Source: an uncultured Candidatus Rokubacteria bacterium (lineage in GTDB: Bacteria; Methylomirabilota; Methylomirabilia; Rokubacteriales; DASRDR01). Taken from it: a stretch of DNA of 64,000 nucleotides. The position numbers were made by a program, and so were the translations under genes. The notes under the pieces are model-generated. The model searched no databases and was not told the origin of the DNA. It worked only from the letters and a program-made list of their open reading frames with translations. This document shows positions 31,519-41,056 of this stretch, piece after piece (the first letter of the stretch is position 1; every line of letters starts with the position of its first letter). The stretch covers positions 448,001 through 512,000 of the forward strand of contig CAVPSB010000013.1 of assembly GCA_963708025.1 (NCBI GenBank). The letters run 5' to 3'.

Positions 31519-32356
31519 ATGAACGGAGCGCAGGCGGTCAACCGGCGGCGGTGGTGGGACGGAGGACGAGGTCGTCGCCTCCCTGGACTTCGGTCTGGCG
31601 ACGGCGACCGACGACTTCGACGGCGCGTTCCGGCTCCTCCACGACAACTACGTCCGCGACGGCCACATGACGCCGCATCCGACCGGTCGCCGCGTCGGCA
31701 TCTTCAACGCGCTGCCGTCCACCCGGGTGTTCGTCGCCAAGGACGGAGACCGGGTGGTCGGCACCGTCACGCTGGTCCCGGACTCGCCCGTCGGGCTCCC
31801 GATGGACCAGGTGTATCGGCAGGAGCTGGCAGGCCTGCGCGCGCGCGGCCGCCGCCTGGGGGAAGCCGGGACGCTCACCGTGGACCGCGCCTACCGCGCT
31901 TCGGGGGTCGCGATCCTGGCGCGGCTCTTCCGGATGCTGAGCCTGTATGCCGCCCGGATCGCCCGCCTGCACGAGCTGGTCATGGTCGTGGCCCCGCACC
32001 ACGCCCGGTTCTACGAGACCTGCTTCCCGATCCGACAGTTCGGGCCCCTCCGGCCATACCCGCGGATCAACGGCACCCGGGTCATCGGCCTCGTGGGCGA
32101 CCTCGTCATGACCCGGGCCCTCATCCGGGTGGCGCGGTTCGGGGTGGCGCTGGGGGGGTGCCACGACTTCTTCTTCGCGCCGCGGCACTGCCGCCCGGTG
32201 CTCGCCCGCCTCCGCCGCGACCTGGCGGGCTCCGCCCTGACTCCGGACCAGGTGGCCCACTTCTTCGCGGGACACAGGGCCGATGCCGCCACCTCCCTGG
32301 CGCTGGCCACCGGGCTCACGGGCGCCGCCCACCGGCACCTTCAGCTGACGGCGTAG
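31519..32356 (+). CDS. FeeM-like N-acyl amino acid synthase, copy 2 (tandem paralog); frameshift near 31560
   Basis: Near-identical 5' DNA to copy 1; VGTVTLVPDSPVGLPMD, VAPHHARFY. Confidence 0.7.
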
Positions 32357-32360
32357 GCCC

Positions 32361-33275
32361 TCAGCCCTGCTGGATCCGCATGCGGGGGTCCAGCGCGTCG
32401 CGCAGGCCGTCGCCGAGCAGGTTCAGCCCCAGCACGGTGACGGCGATCGCGATGCCCGGGACGAGGGCGATCCACGGCGCCTCGCGCATGTAGCCACGGC
32501 CTTCCGCGATGATGTTGCCCCAGGTCGGGGTCGGCGGCTGCGGCCCCATGCCGAGGAAGGAGAGGATCGCCTCGGTCAGCACGGCGTAGGCGAAGACGAA
32601 GGTGAGCTGGACGATGAGCGGCGCCAGGCAGTTCGGGAGCACGTGCCGCAGGAGGACCCGGTCGTGGCGCGCGCCGGCCGCCCGGGCGGCCTGGACGTAC
32701 TCCAGCTCGCGGACGACCAGCACCGAGGCGCGGACGATCCGCGCGGTCCGCGGTGTGTACACGGCGGTGAGCGCGATCATGGCGTTCCCCATCGAGGGGC
32801 CCAGCGCCGACGCGATCCCGATCGCCAGCAGCACGGCGGGAAACGCCATCAGCGCATCCATCACGCGCATGAGCACGTCGTCGAGCCGGCGGTAGTAGCC
32901 GGCCACGGCGCCGATGAGCGTGCCGGCCAGCCCGCTCAGCACCATCACACCGAAGCCGATCTCGAGGGACAGCCGCGCGCCGTAGACGACGCGGCTCAGC
33001 AGATTCCGCCCGAAGTTGTCGGTCCCGAACCAGAAGTCGGCGCCGGGGGGCGTGAAGCGCTCGCGGAAGACCATCCGGTCCGGCGGCGAGGGCGCGATCA
33101 CACCGGCCAGCAGCGCGACGACCACCACGAGCGCGAAGAGCAGCGCACCGATGACGAACGAGCGGTGTCCGCGGAGGCGCCGCACGGTCCGCGACCGCGC
33201 GAGACGCGCCAAAGCCGATCCGCGCCAGAGATGGGTCGCCGGGATCGGTCTAGCCAGCTGTCCGGGCAAAGGCAT
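32361..33275 (-). CDS. Peptide/nickel ABC transporter permease (DppC-like)
   Basis: FGTDNFGR, EYVQAARAAGA, NLLGDGLRDALDPR; start approximate. Confidence 0.9.
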   Translation of the reverse strand: MPLPGQLARPIPATHLWRGSALARLARSRTVRRLRGHRSFVIGALLFALVVVVALLAGVIAPSPPDRMVFRERFTPPGADFWFGTDNFGRNLLSRVVYGARLSLEIGFGVMVLSGLAGTLIGAVAGYYRRLDDVLMRVMDALMAFPAVLLAIGIASALGPSMGNAMIALTAVYTPRTARIVRASVLVVRELEYVQAARAAGARHDRVLLRHVLPNCLAPLIVQLTFVFAYAVLTEAILSFLGMGPQPPTPTWGNIIAEGRGYMREAPWIALVPGIAIAVTVLGLNLLGDGLRDALDPRMRIQQG

Positions 33276-33321
33276 GACGGCTCCCGCGCCGTTGCCGGTC
33301 CGCCGAAGGTCGGTGGTCCAC

Positions 33322-33394
33322 TCCGAGCGCCGGCTTTGCCGGCGCAACCCTCCGGGAGGGTCTCGGGGGGGTCTTCCGAGACCCCCCCGATGAC
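33322..33394. repeat. Two-hairpin intergenic repeat, copy 1
   Basis: GCGCCGGC-TTT-GCCGGCGC plus GGGGGGGTCTTCCGAGACCCCCCC; homologs at 37948 and 40609. Confidence 0.7.
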
Positions 33395-34348
33395 TTACCG
33401 CTCGTGCTCATATCGGACCCGGGGGTCGAGGTAGCCGTAGAGCACGTCGACCAGGAGATTCAGGAGGACGAAGCCGGCCGCGGTCACCAGGAGCCCGCCC
33501 TGGATCACCGGGTAGTCGCGGCGCAGGACCGCCGAGCCCAGCAGGCGCCCGATCCCCGGGAGCGAATACACGGTCTCGATCACGACGGATCCGCTGAGGA
33601 GCAGGCTGGTGATGATGCCGACGATCGTGACGACCGGGATCATCACGTTCCGGAAGGCGTGCTTCCACACCACCGCGCTCCCCGGCAGCCCCTTGGTCCG
33701 CGCGGTGCGGATGTAGTCCTGGCCGAGCACCTCCAGCATCGTCGCCCGGGTGATCCGCGCCAGGAGGCCGATCTGGAGGAGGGCGAGCGAGACCGCCGGG
33801 AGCGTCGCGCTGCGCAGCCAGCCCACCACGCTCTCGGTCAGCGGGACATACCCCCCCGAGGGGAGCCAGTCGAGCTGGACGGCGAAGAGGACGATCAGCA
33901 TGAGCCCGAGCCAGAAGCTCGGGAACGAGACGCCCAGGAGGGCGATCGTCATGAGCGCCTGATCGAGCCAGGTGTTCGGGCGCAGCGAGGCGGCGACGCC
34001 GCTCAGGATCCCGATCGCCAGGGTGAGGACCAGCGCGTAGGCGGTGAGGGACAGGGTGACGGGGAGGCGCTCGACCAGCGCCCGGGAGACGCTCCGCCCG
34101 AGCAGGAGGGAATCGCCGAGATCACCCCGGGCGAGCCCCTGGTACCAGCGGGCGAGCTGGACGAGCCGGGGCTGGTCGAGCCCGAGCTGGGTCCGGACCC
34201 GGGCGACCTCCTGGGGGGTGGCGCCCAGGCCGGCGATGATCATCGCCGGATCGCCCGGCACGATCTGCATGATGCCGAAGGCGATGAGCGTGACGAGGAA
34301 CAGGACCGGGATCGCGCTCAGGACCCGGCGCGCGACGTAGCCCGCCAT
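33395..34348 (-). CDS. Peptide/nickel ABC transporter permease (DppB-like)
   Basis: PGDPA, GDLGDS, DYIRTARTKGL, RDYPVIQG, LDPR. Confidence 0.92.
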   Translation of the reverse strand: MAGYVARRVLSAIPVLFLVTLIAFGIMQIVPGDPAMIIAGLGATPQEVARVRTQLGLDQPRLVQLARWYQGLARGDLGDSLLLGRSVSRALVERLPVTLSLTAYALVLTLAIGILSGVAASLRPNTWLDQALMTIALLGVSFPSFWLGLMLIVLFAVQLDWLPSGGYVPLTESVVGWLRSATLPAVSLALLQIGLLARITRATMLEVLGQDYIRTARTKGLPGSAVVWKHAFRNVMIPVVTIVGIITSLLLSGSVVIETVYSLPGIGRLLGSAVLRRDYPVIQGGLLVTAAGFVLLNLLVDVLYGYLDPRVRYEHER

Positions 34349-34362
34349 CGGGGGCGCCCCGG

Positions 34363-34453
34363 CCCTATTCCCCTCGCCCCCACCGGGGGAGAGGAACAGG
34401 GTGAGGGGGCGCGCTCCCGTGCACCCTCACCCCAGCCCTGAAAAGGAGAGGGA
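34363..34453. repeat. REP-like CCCTC/GAGGG palindromic element
   Basis: CCCCTCGCCCCCACCGGGGGAGAGG...GGGTGAGGG...CCCTCACCCC...GGAGAGGG between SBP and permease. Confidence 0.55.
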
Positions 34454-34459
34454 GTGGAA

Positions 34460-36032
34460 CTACTCCTCGAACCAGACGCCCCACAGGCGCGGGATCCGGT
34501 ACGGCTTGAAGCCCTTGACCTGGGACCGCGTCGCCTGGACCTTGGTCAGGTCGCCGAACTTGATGGCGTGGACCTGCTCGTAGAGCCGGGCCTGGGCGCG
34601 GGCGAAGGCCGCCTTGCGCTCCTCCAGGGTCGGCTTGCTCAGCATGTCCTCGTACGCCTGGACGAACACCGGGTCCCCCGGGGTGTACTGGAGCGCCGTC
34701 GGCGGGATCAGGTCGAGGATGGCGCCGGACGCGCCGACGGCTGGCCCGGTGCCGAAGCCGGTGAAGTAGATGTTCCACGGGTAGGTCTTGTCCTGCTGCT
34801 TCTTCCGCTGGGTCGGCCAGTCCGAGACCTCGATCTTCACGGTCATGCCGATCGCCTTCAGCTGCTCGCCCATCACCAGGGCCGCGTTGTACATGTTCTG
34901 GTAGTCGGTGTTGGTGATGAGGACCAGCTCCTCGCCCTTGTACCCGCCCTCCCGGAGGAGTCGCTTGGCCTGCTCCTTGTCGTTGACGTTGTAGCGCTCC
35001 TTGCCGGCGTCGGTGTAGTACGGGTTCCCGGGGTACTGGTACCCGGCCTGGAGCTTGTACGCCCCGTCGCTCGCCGCCTCCATGATCTCTTCCATGTTGA
35101 GGCCGACCTGGATCGCCCGCCGGACCAGGAGGTTGTCCGTCGGGGGCCGGGAGTGGTTGGGGATGGCGATGTGGATCCAGAACCGCTCGAGCGGGTAGAA
35201 CGTGATGCTCTTGTTGCCCTGGAGCCGCTGGGCCGCCTTGGTCGGCACGTCCTCGACGGCCTGGAACTCGCCCTTCTCGAGGCCGGCCACGCGGGCCCCG
35301 CCCTCCGTCACGATCCGGAAGGTGACGGTGTTGAACCAGGCGAGCTTCCGCCCGCCGAACCCCGTCCGGTCCGGGTAGGCCTCGTTGACCTTGTACCGGT
35401 CGAAGCGCTTCAGCTTGACGTGGGAGTCGGGCACCCACTCGACGAACTGGAAGGGGCCGGTCCCGATGTAGGGCTCCGTCTTCCCGGCCGGCCTTGGCGG
35501 TCTCCTCCGCGGGCATGATGACGATCGGGACGCGGAAGGACGACAGCTCCTCGATGAACGTCGGGACCGCCTTCTTGAGCTTGAGCTGGAAGGTGTACTT
35601 GTCGGGCGCCGTCATCGAGGCGACCAGCTCCAGCATCTTCCGGTCGACGCCGACCTTCTGGTAGCGCTCGAACGAGGCCAGCACGTCGGCCGAGGTCATC
35701 TCCTTGCCGTTGTGGAACAGCACGCCCTTGCGCAGGGGGAAGGTGTAGGTCAGGTTGTCCGGGCTCGTGGTCCAGCGCTCGGCCAGCTCGGCGATCGGCG
35801 CGTTCGACTCGTCCCGCGTCAGCAGGCACTCGTACATGTGCATGGCCACGTTGCGGGTCGCGATCGCCGACGAGAAGTGCATGTCGAGGTTGGGGACCTG
35901 CGCCTCCTGGGCGAAGACCATGTCCCCGCCGCGCTTCGGCGCCGCCTCCCCCGGGCCGGCGAAGCCCAAGGCCATGACGGCCACACCCACCAGGCCGAGC
36001 GATCCGATCCGCACGAGTCGCGCGATGTTCAT
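34460..36032 (-). CDS. Family-5 ABC transporter substrate-binding protein; frameshift near 35480
   Basis: Signal peptide, LRKGVLFHNGKEMTSADV, IGTGPF; C-terminal half in ORF 34460-35434. Confidence 0.88.
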
Positions 36033-36191
36033 CGTGTGTCCTCCTCAGGCGTTTTCAACGGCCGGTCCAGCCTACTCCCGACCGCCCCGACGCCGCAAGC
36101 GGCCGTCACACCAGCTGGCCGTCACACCAGCCAGCCGCTCAGGTCACCCAGCTTCGATCGGTCAGCCGGTTGGATCGGGCGGCTCACCCGC

Positions 36192-36731
36192 TCACGATCC
36201 GGGAGCCTGGAGCGGGCGCTGGTAGGAGAGGTCGCCGCGGTCCCAGCGGCCGAGCGGGAAGCCGCGATCGTCCTTCTGCTCGCCGGGTCGGGCCTTGAAC
36301 AGGCTGGCATCGGCGTCGAATCTCCAGTCCCGCACCACCCGCCGGAGCGCGATCCGCCACTCGCCGTTGCGGCGCTCGAAGCGGTCGATGTATCGCCCGC
36401 CGAGCACCATCACCGACTTGCCGTCCGGCTTCAGCAGCACGGTCAGCACGTAGCTTTCCGTGTGGGCGACGTCCCCGTCGATCTCGGCGAAATGGCAGGT
36501 GATGTTGTGGTTGTGACTCAGCGCCTCGGTGGTCGAATCGCGTGCGAACTCGAGAAACTCAGGCAGCCCCCCGAGGAAGTCCCCGTGCTGGTCGATGGCG
36601 TCCGTGTGGAAGGCGCTGGCGAGTAGCTCCGGGTCGTGCCGGTCGAGGCCACGACAATAGCGATATACGCAATCGAGAATGGCCTGCCGGTCGAGTAGCC
36701 GCTGGACGTCCGGGCTATGGGTGTCGGTCAT
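36192..36731 (-). CDS. SnoaL-like/NTF2 family protein
   Basis: LLDRQAILDC..RYCRGLDR.D, GGRYIDRFERRNGEWRI. Confidence 0.85.
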   Translation of the reverse strand: MTDTHSPDVQRLLDRQAILDCVYRYCRGLDRHDPELLASAFHTDAIDQHGDFLGGLPEFLEFARDSTTEALSHNHNITCHFAEIDGDVAHTESYVLTVLLKPDGKSVMVLGGRYIDRFERRNGEWRIALRRVVRDWRFDADASLFKARPGEQKDDRGFPLGRWDRGDLSYQRPLQAPGS

Positions 36732-36769
36732 GGTTGCGCCTCCCTCAGCGCGAGCGGACAGTTTCAGGA

Positions 36770-37618
36770 TCAGCCCTTGAGGGCGCCGCCGGTCAGGCCC
36801 TCCACGAAATGCCGCTGCATGGCGACGTAAACTGCCACGATCGGGGCGATGGCGAGCGCCAGCGTGGCGAACATCCGCGGGAAGTCGGCCTGGAACTCAT
36901 CGATGATGAACACCTGCAGGCCGAGCGGCAGGGTTCTCAGCCGCGGATCCTGGATGAAGACCAGCGCGAGGAAAAACTCGTTCCAGGCCAGCACAAAGGT
37001 GAAGATGGCGACGACCGCCAGCACCGGTCGCGACAGCGGCAGCACGATACGGACGAACGCCTCGTAACGACGGCAGCCATCCACTCGCGCGGCATCCATC
37101 AACTCCTGGGGAAGGGCGTCGAAGGCGCTCCGCAGGAGCAGGATGGCGAGAGGCAGGCTGCTGGCGCAATACGGGAGGATCAGGCCGAGATAATTGTTGA
37201 CGAGACCGAGACGGATGACGATGACGTAGAGGGGCAAGACGTAGACCTGGATGGGAATGCTGATCATCGCCACGATGCTCAGGTACAGGACGCTGCCCCC
37301 GCGAAAGCGGAAGGCGCTGAAGCCATAGGCGGCAGCGCTGGCGAGCGCCAGCGTGAGTAGCACCGTTGCCGCGGAGACCAGGGCGCTGTTCAGCATCAGC
37401 CGGCCGAGGCGCGCGGCCCCCCAGGCCGAAAGGTAGTTGGCGAGGAGCAGCCGCTTGGGAAACCCCAGCGGATCGATGGCGAACTCTCCCTGGGTCTTCA
37501 GCGAGTCGGTGACCAGGACCCAGAACGGGTAGAGCACGGCCAGCGAGGCGACTCCGAGCCCAGCGTAGCAGAGGAGAAGCGCGCCCCTCGGCAGCCGGCC
37601 GAACGGCGGCGCACTCAT
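36770..37618 (-). CDS. Carbohydrate ABC transporter permease (MalG-like)
   Basis: ELMDAARVDG, WNEFFLAL, QRHFVEGLTGGALKG. Confidence 0.9.
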   Translation of the reverse strand: MSAPPFGRLPRGALLLCYAGLGVASLAVLYPFWVLVTDSLKTQGEFAIDPLGFPKRLLLANYLSAWGAARLGRLMLNSALVSAATVLLTLALASAAAYGFSAFRFRGGSVLYLSIVAMISIPIQVYVLPLYVIVIRLGLVNNYLGLILPYCASSLPLAILLLRSAFDALPQELMDAARVDGCRRYEAFVRIVLPLSRPVLAVVAIFTFVLAWNEFFLALVFIQDPRLRTLPLGLQVFIIDEFQADFPRMFATLALAIAPIVAVYVAMQRHFVEGLTGGALKG

Positions 37619-37745
37619 GCGGCGGCCCCCCGGTGGCGCGACCAGCCCATGATCGCTGCCGCGATCACGGTGACGATGGCGAGCATCACCACCGACTGGG
37701 CGGCGGCGTAGCCGAGCCGATTGTAGAAGAAGGCCTGTTGGTACG
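37615..37745 (-). pseudogene. 3' remnant of a MalF-like carbohydrate ABC permease
   Basis: YQQAFFYNRLGYAAAQSVVML overlapping the next start (ATGA); upstream part missing. Confidence 0.65.
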
Positions 37746-37947
37746 ATCCCGTGAAAGCGCGTCGCGAAGCAAGGCGGGGCCGGCCGGCACCGTCGAGATC
37801 CGGGCTCGGCCCGTGGCGCATGATACATGCGATCCGAGGAAGTTGTCCACGCGCCGACACCCACGGTAACCGTGATCGCTAAATCGGGCTGGCCGCATGC
37901 GCTAGAAGCGGGTACGCGATCCGGCGCGTGTCAAGCGTCGGCCAGCG

Positions 37948-38019
37948 TCCGAGCGGCGGCTTTGCCGCCGCAATCGAAGGAGGCCTCCGGGGGGGGTCTT
38001 CCGAGACCCCCCGAAGGAC
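37948..38019. repeat. Two-hairpin intergenic repeat, copy 2
   Basis: GCGGCGGC-TTT-GCCGCCGC plus GGGGGGTCTTCCGAGACCCCCC. Confidence 0.7.
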
Positions 38020-40467
38020 CTAGAAGGTCTTCAGGAACTCGATCAGCGCCCGCTTGTCGTCGTCGCCGAGGCCCGGCTCCTCCTTGAAGGCGTCGGTGCC
38101 GAAGTAGTGGCCGCGGTTGACGACGAAATCGGGGCACTTGTTGAGCTCGAGGAGCGGGTCGACCAGGCCGGCCAGGATCTTCCGGGCCTCCTCGTCGCTC
38201 GCGTCCCTGGGCAGCGCCTTCAGGGCGTGCTTGACCTTGAGCAGGAGATCGACGACCTTCTTCTTCTGCGCGATCCGTTCGGTGGGGCTCGTGCTTTCCG
38301 ACAGCAGGTTGACGTTGGCCAGGAGGTTGACCGGCGTGCCGGCCGGGATGGGGCCGATCACGAGACCTTCCTTCTGGAACAGCCACGGCGCGATGCGGGT
38401 CAGCGGGCCCAGCAGCTGCCGCAGGTCGTCGCGCAGGTAGCCGGTCGGCACCCGCAGGAAGCTCCGGCTCGTCGTCCGGTCGATGACGCCCGGCACCTTG
38501 TCGCCGAGCACCGTGTCCTTCTCCCGCCGCTCGGGCCACAGGAGCTGCTCGATCGAGTCCTGGAACGAGCGCATCCGCGCCTCGACCGACGGCCTCGGAT
38601 CGAACCGTCCGAGGGCGTTGTTCAGGAAGAACGGCGCCGTGGACCACACGCTGATCAGCGAGGCCGGACGCGTGTAGCCCCGGCCGCCGGCCGGCATGAC
38701 GTACGGCCGCGGCTCGCCCGTGCCGGGGTGGTGGACGGTGATCGTCCCCACCGACGGGAGGTCCTTGTAGGACCGGGAGGAGAAATTGTCCCAGATGTCG
38801 CCGCCGATCGCGTTGGTCGCCAGCGGGCTGCAGGCGTTGGTCTCCAAGAGCGTCACCGGCACGCGGAGGTCCGTGGACAGGAAGTTCCCTTCCAGGAAGT
38901 CGTCGGCCAGGACGATCTCCCGCATCCTCGCCTTGAACTCGTCGGTCTTCGTCCAGCTCCAGTAGCGGCTCCAGCACTCGAGGTAACCGGCGCCCCCGCA
39001 GCCGCCCGGGTCGATGCCGACCGCCGGCGCCGGGGCCTTGCTCGAGTGGCAGCGAGCGCAGCGCTCGGCGAAGACTTCCTTGCCGCGGGTGAGCCGGGCC
39101 GCGTCCGCCGTCAGGTACGCCTGCCCGCCCGGCGCGTCCTTCAGCTTGTGCGGCGACGTGCTCTTCAGGAAGAAGAGGGCCATGCCGGGCGTCTGGGCCT
39201 CGGTGGCCTCCCAGTAGCTCGAGTTCTTCCGCGCGATCGCGATCTCGATCGGCGTGGTGGGCTTGCCGCCGATCAGGGCGTTGAAGTGCAGCAGCCACTC
39301 CTCGCTGAAGAGCCCGATGTTGAGGTAGACCCGGTTGAGGGCCCCCAGGGCGCCCACCGAGTCGGCGCCGTCCTTGAGCACGCGAGGCGTCAACACGCTG
39401 GCCGGGGGCTGGAAGAACTGGGTGAGCGGACCCGAGGCGACGTAGTCGTTGAACTGCTTGTTGTTCAGGCTGCCGCCCCCCAGGGTCTCCTGGCCCCAGC
39501 GCTGGGCCAGCGCCAGCCGCGGGCCCAGGCTGTACACGGCGTTCATGGTGCGGGGGTTGTTGATGTTGTCGGTGGAGACCAGGGACGTGTCGAGGGCGCC
39601 CGGCCGCGACGTGTGGAAGAGCTGGAACACGAAGCTCGTCTCGTCGGCCTCCCAGGCGAAGATGCGGTCGATCCAGAAGTACTGGGCGCCGACGTTCGAG
39701 CTGAGGTTCTCCCACGCCGGCCGCTCGGGGTCGGCGGGGGGCTTGATCGGGTTCGGCCCCACGTGGCAGAAGCCGCAGGACATGCCGACCCGGTACGGCT
39801 TCACCAGGTCCTTGTCGAGGTAGTAGTCCTTGTCCTCGTAGTACTTCTTCGCGTCCCACTTGCGGGCCGCCTCGGCGTCGAACGCCGGGTTCGGGAAGAG
39901 CCGCAGGCCGACGATCCCGGTGGCGTAGCCGTAGTAGGAGCCGAGCGGGACCGTCTTGCCCCGGGCGCCGACGGCGACGCCGGGATACTTCTGCTCGTTC
40001 TCGAAGGGATCCGGAGGGCAGTCGGCGCGGCGCCGATCGAGCCACAGGCCGAACCGCTGGGGGTCGGGGCCGGTGGCCTTCTCGAAGCACGGCTCGTTGA
40101 CCAGGCCGAGGTAGTACCACCGGCTGTCCCGGCTGTACTTGAGGCTCGGGTGGGAGGAGAGCGTCTTCAGGAAGTCGAGGGCGCCGAAGCTGGACTCCGA
40201 GATCCGGTCCCAGAAGCGGTCGTTCCCCCCGGTCCAGACGATCCAGGTGTTGCGACCCTTGACCTCCTCGCCGGCGAGGGTCACGCCGCCGTCCATGTCG
40301 CGGAAGTAGTCCTCGTCCGCCGCCGGGAACGACGCGGGGACCCGGCCGACGCGGCGGGCCTCGTCGAGGACCTCGCCCGGGCGGCCCTGGTCGGTGCCGC
40401 AGCTCACCAGGGCCATCGCACAGAGCGACATCACGGTGATGATCCGGCGCGAGCCGTTCCACGTCAT
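38020..40467 (-). CDS. Large diheme c-type cytochrome lipoprotein (RoxA/bCcP/MauG-like)
   Basis: Lipobox-like LVSC; CGFCH and CARCH; ASLISVWSTAPFFLNN; GHYFG...ALIEFLKTF. Confidence 0.7.
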   Translation of the reverse strand: MTWNGSRRIITVMSLCAMALVSCGTDQGRPGEVLDEARRVGRVPASFPAADEDYFRDMDGGVTLAGEEVKGRNTWIVWTGGNDRFWDRISESSFGALDFLKTLSSHPSLKYSRDSRWYYLGLVNEPCFEKATGPDPQRFGLWLDRRRADCPPDPFENEQKYPGVAVGARGKTVPLGSYYGYATGIVGLRLFPNPAFDAEAARKWDAKKYYEDKDYYLDKDLVKPYRVGMSCGFCHVGPNPIKPPADPERPAWENLSSNVGAQYFWIDRIFAWEADETSFVFQLFHTSRPGALDTSLVSTDNINNPRTMNAVYSLGPRLALAQRWGQETLGGGSLNNKQFNDYVASGPLTQFFQPPASVLTPRVLKDGADSVGALGALNRVYLNIGLFSEEWLLHFNALIGGKPTTPIEIAIARKNSSYWEATEAQTPGMALFFLKSTSPHKLKDAPGGQAYLTADAARLTRGKEVFAERCARCHSSKAPAPAVGIDPGGCGGAGYLECWSRYWSWTKTDEFKARMREIVLADDFLEGNFLSTDLRVPVTLLETNACSPLATNAIGGDIWDNFSSRSYKDLPSVGTITVHHPGTGEPRPYVMPAGGRGYTRPASLISVWSTAPFFLNNALGRFDPRPSVEARMRSFQDSIEQLLWPERREKDTVLGDKVPGVIDRTTSRSFLRVPTGYLRDDLRQLLGPLTRIAPWLFQKEGLVIGPIPAGTPVNLLANVNLLSESTSPTERIAQKKKVVDLLLKVKHALKALPRDASDEEARKILAGLVDPLLELNKCPDFVVNRGHYFGTDAFKEEPGLGDDDKRALIEFLKTF

Positions 40468-40608
40468 CGCTGATTCCCCTCCTGCCGCTCGCTGGAATCC
40501 GTGACGAGCGGGGTCGCGCCAGAATGTGTCTCCCTCGTGCCGCGAGTCAAGTGTGTAACGCGGTCGGACCGCGGTGTATCCAAACGGATACGGCGAGGTG
40601 TCTCAGCC

Positions 40609-40654
40609 GAGAACATCGGGGGGTCTCGGAAGACACCCGAGATCCCCGATGCTC
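40609..40654. repeat. Partial third copy of the GGTCTTCCGAGACC hairpin repeat (reverse orientation)
   Basis: CATCGGGGGGTCTCGGAAGACACCCGAGATCCCCGATG. Confidence 0.6.
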
Positions 40655-41056
40655 TTAGCTAATTAGCAGTCCCGTCGCCCTCCTCTGGGGTACCCTGCAT
40701 CCAGTTCGTGTCCCACCCAGTAAGCTGATCCGCTCGTCGCGCCGGCCCTGGCTCCTGGTCTACGTAGGGCGCGGGGGAGGCGCGGGGCCCGGTCCACACG
40801 ACCATTCCCCTGCCCACGCCCCCTTGCGGCGTCCGCTCACGGTGGGCTACGCTCCGGTAACTCGGAGACGGCCCCCGGGGAAGGCGTCTGGGACTCGGGT
40901 GCGTCAGGCACGGCCCATGGAAGAGGAGCCGCCGGCGATGAACGAGGCGCTTTGGATCTCCTGCACTTCGCGGTCCCGGGGGCGCTGTGTGGCGATGCTT
41001 GTCAGTGTCGGTGTGAAGACCGATGCTCAAGACCGCAGCGGCGGGAGGAGGCAGAC

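Noticed and set aside
30599-32356. Tandem copies as an assembly duplication or a diversity-generating retroelement TR/VR pair
   Set aside because: 3' halves are substantially diverged, differences are not adenine-specific, and there is no reverse transcriptase
33322-40654. CRISPR interpretation of the hairpin repeats
   Set aside because: Copies are dispersed over kilobases, with no regular spacers and no cas genes
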